The notes beneath the pieces were generated by a model that saw only the letters and a program-made list of their open reading frames with translations, did not search any database and was not told the origin of the DNA. A stretch of 13,182 nt of DNA from an uncultured Oligoflexus sp. (GTDB taxonomy: Bacteria; Bdellovibrionota_B; Oligoflexia; Oligoflexales; Oligoflexaceae): NCBI GenBank assembly GCA_964236955.1, contig CAXSGP010000116.1:1-13182 (forward strand), given 5' to 3'. Each line of letters opens with the position of its first letter. Within the stretch, counting starts at the first letter, position 1. This document shows positions 7,701 through 13,182 of this stretch, one piece after another. Position numbers and translations under genes: made by a program.

Positions 7701-7742
7701 CTGCCTCGCGCCTTGCCATCCCCATTTCCAGACAGACACTAA

Positions 7743-8168
7743 TTAACCGGCTTTTTTTTGCTTATTCGTGACGAGCCGATTCCATTTATCAAGAAATTGG
7801 ATGGCCTCAGTCACATGGGCGATGAGTTCCTGATGATCAAAGGGTTTAAACAGGACGCCTCGGGCGCCATTGTTAAGACAGCGATCCGCGAGCAGCAAAC
7901 TATCGCTTCCTGTCACAATATAGACCTGGATGCCCTGCTTCATGCTGATGCATTCTTTCAATACATCGTCGCCAAACATTTCGGGCATATTGATATCGAC
8001 AAACACAATGTGGATTTTTTCGTCGCGAATGGCACGTAGCGCTTCTTTGGGAGAGGTGAAGGAGCGGGTGATCACGTGCGGCTGGCGGCGCAGCACTCGT
8101 TCCATGATATCGAGAAGGACTGGATCGTCATCGATCACAGCAATGCGATAGGGTCTTTCGATATTCAT
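7743..8168 (-). CDS. Single-domain response regulator (CheY-like receiver)
   Basis: Motifs IAVIDDD, VFVDINMP (phospho-Asp), IVTG and FKPF. No output domain, only a short basic C-tail. Start placed at ATG 8168 (MNIERP...) because GGAGGT lies just upstream. Confidence 0.92.
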   Translation of the reverse strand: MNIERPYRIAVIDDDPVLLDIMERVLRRQPHVITRSFTSPKEALRAIRDEKIHIVFVDINMPEMFGDDVLKECISMKQGIQVYIVTGSDSLLLADRCLNNGARGVLFKPFDHQELIAHVTEAIQFLDKWNRLVTNKQKKAG

Positions 8169-8573
8169 ATCTACCTCCGTGGCACGAGCTGAGAGTGGTT
8201 GCACGATCTCTGGTTTTGATCTTATCGAATGTTTTCATTTGCCGGTAGTGGTGCGTTCTCAAGACACAGGATGTATGTCTTCTCCATTCCAGCCCCGACC
8301 ATGATGTCACTGCTACGGTTTTGGGGGGAACAATTCCCTTAAATCTAACGGGTAAAATCCGCTTTGTAGAGCAAAATCCGTAAATACTTTGTAACATTTA
8401 AGAATGATAGCTCTTTCACTTTACAAAGGCAGTGATGCTGGGCGTTGGCTCTAAGTTTTAGCATAGCCGTTCCGAAGGTGAAATCAAGGGACTTTCTGTT
8501 CACAAATGGACTAGTGAAATCGCGCTTATCCTGTTAAAAAAAACCATGAAAACGCCAGCGGAGTTCTAGAACC

Positions 8574-9269
8574 ATGAGCCATTGTACATTTCAACGCATA
8601 GCGGACCTCGATAACCTCGTGCGTATCGCGCCTCAGAATCGAAAATGCATTGTACTTTTGCATGGATTCGGAGCTAATTTTTCGGACCTAACTGGTCTCG
8701 CGGGAGCCCTGGATCCTGCCCAATCATGGGACTGGTACTTTCCAAATGGTCCGGAAGCCATTACCTTTTCGAAGGAATATGCCGGTAGGGCCTGGTTTCC
8801 AATCGATAGGCAAAGAATGGAGCAAGCATTACTCCGTGGCGTGCGAGAGCCCTTTCGCAATGAAATTCCAGCTGGCTTTACGCGCTCCTCTCTGAGTCTG
8901 GATGGAATGCTGAAAGAACTCGGGACCCGATACGACGAAATCGTTGTAGGTGGCTTCAGTCAGGGCTCTATGGTGAGCTGCGACGTCGCCCTGCATACTC
9001 AGCAAAAGGTCAAGGCGCTGCTGCTTCTCTCAAGCAACATCATCGCGCTTCCGCGTTGGTTGGCGGCGATCTCTAAAAAGCCCATGGCCTTTAAAGTCTT
9101 TCAATCGCATGGGCAATTCGACAATGTTTTACCGGTCGAAGGGGCAAATGAACTTGCCCAGTTCTGGCGAGATCAAAATTACGCCCTGGAGTATGTTTCA
9201 TTTCGGGGGGGCCATGAGATACCCTACCCGGTTCTTGAAAAGCTAAAAATCTTCCTATTAGGTCTTTAA
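8574..9269 (+). CDS. Phospholipase/carboxylesterase (Abhydrolase_2 / acyl-protein thioesterase-like)
   Basis: GGAG RBS at 8560-8563. Motifs VLLHGFGA, GRAWF, GGFSQG (Ser), HGQFDNVLP (Asp) and GGHEI (His). Confidence 0.92.
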   Translation: MSHCTFQRIADLDNLVRIAPQNRKCIVLLHGFGANFSDLTGLAGALDPAQSWDWYFPNGPEAITFSKEYAGRAWFPIDRQRMEQALLRGVREPFRNEIPAGFTRSSLSLDGMLKELGTRYDEIVVGGFSQGSMVSCDVALHTQQKVKALLLLSSNIIALPRWLAAISKKPMAFKVFQSHGQFDNVLPVEGANELAQFWRDQNYALEYVSFRGGHEIPYPVLEKLKIFLLGL

Positions 9270-9316
9270 TTTCAGGACTTTATCGCTAAAATCAAGCCCT
9301 GTTACGCGCAATAAAC

Positions 9317-9343
9317 TTCAGTTTTAGCTCAGCATGTCGATAA
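9317..9343 (+). promoter_or_regulatory. Sigma-28 (FliA)-type promoter for the histidine kinase gene
   Basis: TTCAGTTT-N11-GTCGATAA: 6/8 + 7/8 with exact spacing. It lies immediately before the GAGGAG RBS (9357-9362) and GTG 9369. Confidence 0.6.
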
Positions 9344-9368
9344 CTTAGCCAAGACTGAGGAGACAGGA

Positions 9369-10541
9369 GTGGCTCTCATTAGCAAGAAACTCTCGATACG
9401 ATACTTATTACAGACCTTCGTCATAGGCTTTGTTCTGGCCTTGATAAATGGCTCAGTCCAAGCCTTTTTCCTCGACGACAGCAGTCCAGCACTCGTCCGT
9501 TGGGCCTATGGCTTTTTCAGCCTCTTCCTCTTGGGTTTTGGTTTGATCACTTATACACATTGGGCCCTGCTGCGGCCCCTCCACCTTTTGCACCGAAGTT
9601 TAGGCCAGGTCGATGTCAGCGACCTTACGGCCAGCGAACAGGTCGATCTGAGGGCCACCAATCTCAAATGGGAATTTGCCGAAATCGCGGCTCTCTTTCA
9701 TGAGCTTCTCAAGGCGCTGCAGTTCCGCCACCGTGAGGTCCTGGTGACCAGAACCGATCTCTCCCGCCTCAATAATAATCTCGACGCCGAGCTTGATCTG
9801 CGCCGCCTGCAACTTGAATCCCGAGTCGCAGCTTCGTTTCAACAGAATAAATTAAATGCCCTGGGGGAGATGGCGGCAGGTATCGCGCACGAAATCAATA
9901 ATCCCCTGGCTATTCTGGTTGGCCGAACCGAGCAGTTGCGGGAAGTTCTTAAACGGGAAGGTTCAACCGGCCCCAAACAGGAAAGTATCCTTCTGAGCAT
10001 AGAAAAGACACTCTTTCGTATCCAGGAAGCCGTGCTTGACCTCGAACTTATCGCCTCCAGCCCTTCCCATGAAGAGGTCCGGAAGATTCCCTTAAGCCGT
10101 CTGCTCAAGCGCCTGAATAAGGTCGTAAGTAATCGATATCAAACCCAGGAGATCAGCTTCCAACCCGATATAGAAGCCGATCTTGAAATCGAAGGCCGCG
10201 AGATGGAGCTCAGTCAGGCCCTCCTTTATCTCTTTGAAAATGCCTCGGAAGCGGCCCAGAAAAGCGACAGCAAATGGGTGCGGGTCGAACTTAAACGAAA
10301 CGAAGATCATAGATGTACAATTGTGATTATCGATAGCGGCTGCGGCGTCGAGGAAGCACTGCGCGACAAACTCTTTCAACCCTTTTTTACAACCAAGGAC
10401 GAAGGTCGGGGTATGGGCCTCAGTCTGGCCAAATCCGTCATTGAAAGTCATCACGGCAACTTAGCCTTCACCTTCAATCACGGCAATACGACTGTGACAA
10501 TTAATCTACCGCTGCGTCAGCAGGAAAGTGTTGCTGCCTAA
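9369..10541 (+). CDS. Membrane sensor histidine kinase (NtrB-like HisKA + HATPase_c)
   Basis: Two N-terminal TM segments, a HAMP-like/coiled-coil linker, H-box AGIAHEINNPL, N-box QALLYLFENA, G1 IDSGCG, F-box FQPFFTTK and G2 GRGMGL. Confidence 0.93.
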   Translation: MALISKKLSIRYLLQTFVIGFVLALINGSVQAFFLDDSSPALVRWAYGFFSLFLLGFGLITYTHWALLRPLHLLHRSLGQVDVSDLTASEQVDLRATNLKWEFAEIAALFHELLKALQFRHREVLVTRTDLSRLNNNLDAELDLRRLQLESRVAASFQQNKLNALGEMAAGIAHEINNPLAILVGRTEQLREVLKREGSTGPKQESILLSIEKTLFRIQEAVLDLELIASSPSHEEVRKIPLSRLLKRLNKVVSNRYQTQEISFQPDIEADLEIEGREMELSQALLYLFENASEAAQKSDSKWVRVELKRNEDHRCTIVIIDSGCGVEEALRDKLFQPFFTTKDEGRGMGLSLAKSVIESHHGNLAFTFNHGNTTVTINLPLRQQESVAA

Positions 10542-10963
10542 TCGGACCACCATCGCGTATCCTCTAAGGGACCCATCCTTAACAGTTCCAGTATCGCCCG
10601 GTCAGCATCGCAGAAATCGAGGGTTTGGAACGCCTGGGCTGGAAGCCAGCAATGGGATTTGTGTTCTTTTCGTTCAAAATCTTCGCCGAGCAGCACGCAC
10701 AATAAAGGATGCAGCTGAATCACTTTAGTGTTCTGCTCCACCGCACTTGGGCGTAGAATGCCTCGAATTGAAACCTTTGCTGCCAGTTCTTCGTGCACTT
10801 CGCGATGGAGAGCTGCGAATAGGGATTCGCCCTTCTCGACCTTGCCTCCTGGGAATTCCCATCGCAAAGGTTCGCGCATGGACTCGGAGCGCTGGCAGGC
10901 AAGATAAAGGTCGCCCTTGCGGATGACCGCACAGACGACGGGAATAATGGGTAACGGGCTCAT
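10538..10963 (-). CDS. Nudix hydrolase, MutT/NudG-like (d)NTP pyrophosphohydrolase
   Basis: VVCAVI...YLACQR and WEFPGGKVEKGESLFAALHREVHEEL (Nudix box, with the final Gly replaced by Ala), plus EH...W. Start placed at ATG 10963 (GGGAGA RBS), not 11053. Overlaps the convergent kinase by 4 bp. Confidence 0.9.
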   Translation of the reverse strand: MSPLPIIPVVCAVIRKGDLYLACQRSESMREPLRWEFPGGKVEKGESLFAALHREVHEELAAKVSIRGILRPSAVEQNTKVIQLHPLLCVLLGEDFERKEHKSHCWLPAQAFQTLDFCDADRAILELLRMGPLEDTRWWSD

Positions 10964-11032
10964 GGATTCTCCCAGGCTGCCAAAAACTCGACTTTCGCCA
11001 CAATAAAACGATACTAAAAGTGGGGTCTCGAT

Positions 11033-13182
11033 ATGCATCAATCGCCATGGCAAGCCGATCCGTTGAACACCTTACCACAGCTCGCCAAACTTTTTCAAAA
11101 GCGTTGGCATAATCTAAGCTTCGTTAATCCTCCGGCAATGGCCTGCGACCTCAAAAGCGAAGCTGAGAAATTAGATTGGCTTAGGCAAAATAAAATCGGC
11201 CGCCTGACGATGATACCGGTGCCTCATCACTGGGCAGCCTTAGGTCTCGCAACGCCGGCAAGTGCTTATCGATCGATGCTCCATCTCGATTATACCGCTT
11301 CCGCTCAGGGGCTGGAGGCGATCGAAAACTACCTAGCGGAATGCATGTGCACCTATGCCAACACCCACACAGAGACGTCAGCGACGGGCCGGCTATCGAC
11401 GCAGCGCATGCAGATAGCGTTGGAAACCATCCGGACCCACGTTGGAGCCGATAAAGAAAGTTTTGTGATACCGACCGGCTTCGGAGCTACGGGGGCGATA
11501 GAAAAGATCCAGAAAATTCTAGGCCTTTATTTATCCCCTAAGGGCCAAACCCTTATCAAGCTCGAACTTGGCATCGACATCAAAGACCTGATGTCTGAAA
11601 AAGTGGTGGTTCTGGTCGGACCCTTTGAGCATCATTCCAACGACGTATCCTGGCAGGATTCGGCGCTTTGCCATTTTGTTCGCATCAAAGCCCTCCGCGA
11701 AGGTCCTTCGATCAATGATATCGATCTCAACGATCTTGAAGAGCAGCTGCTCAAGTATCCCAATCATCTCAAGGTCGGATCTTTTTCAGCGGCTTCCAAT
11801 GTCACGGGCTTTCGCAGTGATCTGAAGCAACTGGGCGAAGTCCTGCATAGGCATAAGGCGCTGTTTTTTGCCGACTACGCCGCATGCAGCCCTTATGCGG
11901 ATATCAATATGCTGCGCGACGGCATCGATGCCATCTTTTTGTCGGTGCATAAGAATTTGGGTGGTTCGAATCTTGGATTCCTGGTTGGGCGCGGGCACAT
12001 CTATGATGCTGATGTTCATCCCTCCTTTGGTGGCGGGGGTACGGTTGCGGCCGTAACGCCCTGGGAATATCACTTTCATGATTCGATTGAAGAGCGGGAA
12101 TCGGCAGGGACTTTGCCCATTCGGCAGACCTGGCAGGCGGCACTGTCCTTTCAAATCAAAGACTGGTTAGGCCGCGAGACGATTCAAAGACTCGAACATA
12201 AGATCTGTGTTGATATGATGAAGTTCTTTGCTGAACACCCTAAGCTACAGCTCCTTGGCAATAGCGATCCTGAGAAGCGCTATCCTATTTTCTCGTTCCT
12301 GGTCAATCACGGCCAGCGCAAATTCCATCACACCTATGTCGCCGTCCTGCTCAATGATTTTTTTGGAGTGCAGGCTCGGTCCGGTTGCGCCTGTGCCGGG
12401 CCTTTCGGGCATGAGCTTTTGCAGATCGAGAGAGAGCAGTCGAGTAAATACGTGGATCTTATTTTGCAAATATTGAATGGGTTTAAACCTGGCTGGACGC
12501 GTATTGGCCTACATTATACCCTGAGTCAGGAAGAACTCGCCTATACCCAGAAATCACTGAGTGCCATCGCCTGGTTCGGCGGTCTCTTTATGGATCTCTA
12601 TAGCTTTGATCCCTATACAGGCGATTGGCTGCACGAGGACGCCCGAACCGAGCCGATGGCCTTTGGCTTTGACGAAGTCTTAAGGATCGCCGAGGGCGGT
12701 GCGCTCCTGCCGAGGCTTAAGGATGAATCACAATTTTATGCGAGTTTTGCCAATCAGTTGGAAGAATTTTATGCTCTGGTGAGCCTGCGCATCGCTCAGC
12801 TGACCCTGGCGGCCTCGCAGATGGCCTTGCCGGAAGATAGCAAGGATAAACTTGCGGCGGGATTTTATCCCATCGTGCGGGAGCATATTGAGAGCCTATC
12901 GACCGATGAGCATAAGTTCCTAGGGGCGGTTGCAGATCATGCCTGCAAAATCCTTATTCCCAAGGACAAAAACGAGAAGGAATGCCGGATGCAGATCAAA
13001 GCCATAATCGATGGTCTGATCGTTCAGCCCGAAACGATCGCGGATACGTATGAGGGCTTTGCCGAGATCGATCCTAGCATCGCGTTCTTTTACGTGCGGA
13101 AAGGCAAGCTTACGAGGCCGATCCTGATTAATGAGGCGAAGCTTTCGGGGGCCGGGACACTGGCGGCTTGTGCGCCTTGTGC
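11033..13182 (+). CDS. Aminotransferase class V-fold PLP enzyme, cysteine-desulfurase-like; 3'-partial (>716 aa)
   Basis: Not in the ORF track because there is no stop before the window end. Manual translation from ATG 11033 (in-frame TAA at 11015; GTGGGG upstream; alternative ATG 11138) gives LDYTAS, YANTHT, GATGAI, VGPFEHHSN, FSAASNVTG, DYAA, SVHK (PLP Lys 11951-11953), GGGTV, ARSGCACAGPFG and KPGWTR. Confidence 0.92.
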   Translation, partial: MHQSPWQADPLNTLPQLAKLFQKRWHNLSFVNPPAMACDLKSEAEKLDWLRQNKIGRLTMIPVPHHWAALGLATPASAYRSMLHLDYTASAQGLEAIENYLAECMCTYANTHTETSATGRLSTQRMQIALETIRTHVGADKESFVIPTGFGATGAIEKIQKILGLYLSPKGQTLIKLELGIDIKDLMSEKVVVLVGPFEHHSNDVSWQDSALCHFVRIKALREGPSINDIDLNDLEEQLLKYPNHLKVGSFSAASNVTGFRSDLKQLGEVLHRHKALFFADYAACSPYADINMLRDGIDAIFLSVHKNLGGSNLGFLVGRGHIYDADVHPSFGGGGTVAAVTPWEYHFHDSIEERESAGTLPIRQTWQAALSFQIKDWLGRETIQRLEHKICVDMMKFFAEHPKLQLLGNSDPEKRYPIFSFLVNHGQRKFHHTYVAVLLNDFFGVQARSGCACAGPFGHELLQIEREQSSKYVDLILQILNGFKPGWTRIGLHYTLSQEELAYTQKSLSAIAWFGGLFMDLYSFDPYTGDWLHEDARTEPMAFGFDEVLRIAEGGALLPRLKDESQFYASFANQLEEFYALVSLRIAQLTLAASQMALPEDSKDKLAAGFYPIVREHIESLSTDEHKFLGAVADHACKILIPKDKNEKECRMQIKAIIDGLIVQPETIADTYEGFAEIDPSIAFFYVRKGKLTRPILINEAKLSGAGTLAACAPC

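Noticed and set aside
8180..8203. TGGCACG...TTGCA, possible sigma-54 promoter
   Set aside because: The GG-to-GC spacing is far from the required -24/-12 geometry.
8128..8397. 89-aa minus-strand ORF upstream of the response regulator
   Set aside because: No RBS or recognisable motif, and it overlaps the regulator start out of frame.
8546..8569. Mini-ORF MKTPAEF* overlapping the esterase RBS
   Set aside because: No RBS of its own and no attenuator structure, so it is likely chance.
10964..11053. Longer N-terminus for the Nudix ORF
   Set aside because: It would overlap the start of the divergent PLP gene. ATG 10963 has a good RBS and begins at the Nudix fold.
11531..12476. Several short ORFs on both strands listed in the track
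   Set aside because: All lie within the long PLP-enzyme reading frame, which explains the region.
1..13182. CRISPR arrays, tRNA/rRNA, IS elements, prophage or defence genes
   Set aside because: I saw no regularly spaced nucleotide repeats, cloverleafs, transposase/integrase or nuclease motifs by eye. The VWA repeats are visible only at protein level.

Overview
Chromosomal bacterial segment with roughly balanced GC. The gene content suggests an Oligoflexia/Bdellovibrionota-like or other deltaproteobacteria-like organism (inference only). It has ten credible genes: an LtaS/MdoB-family membrane phosphoglycerol-transferase-like protein, an alpha/beta hydrolase with a long N-terminal extension, a GT4 glycosyltransferase, a Cys-rich VWA lipoprotein with six tandem ~58-aa beta repeats, an EntD-type phosphopantetheinyl transferase, a single-domain response regulator, a phospholipase/carboxylesterase, a membrane histidine kinase, a MutT/NudG-type Nudix hydrolase, and a large class-V PLP enzyme (cysteine-desulfurase-like). 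The PLP gene runs off the right edge and is missing from the ORF track. I found no tRNA, rRNA, CRISPR array or mobile element. The most notable non-coding signals are: (i) two correctly spaced sigma-28 (FliA)-type promoters, in front of the VWA lipoprotein and the histidine kinase, the first containing a T9 tract and followed by a leader that can form a three-way junction; (ii) a ~156-nt segment at the left edge that folds by hand either as a 6S-like rod covering the RBS/start of the LtaS-like gene or as a competing local hairpin. All RNA structures were paired by eye, not computed.
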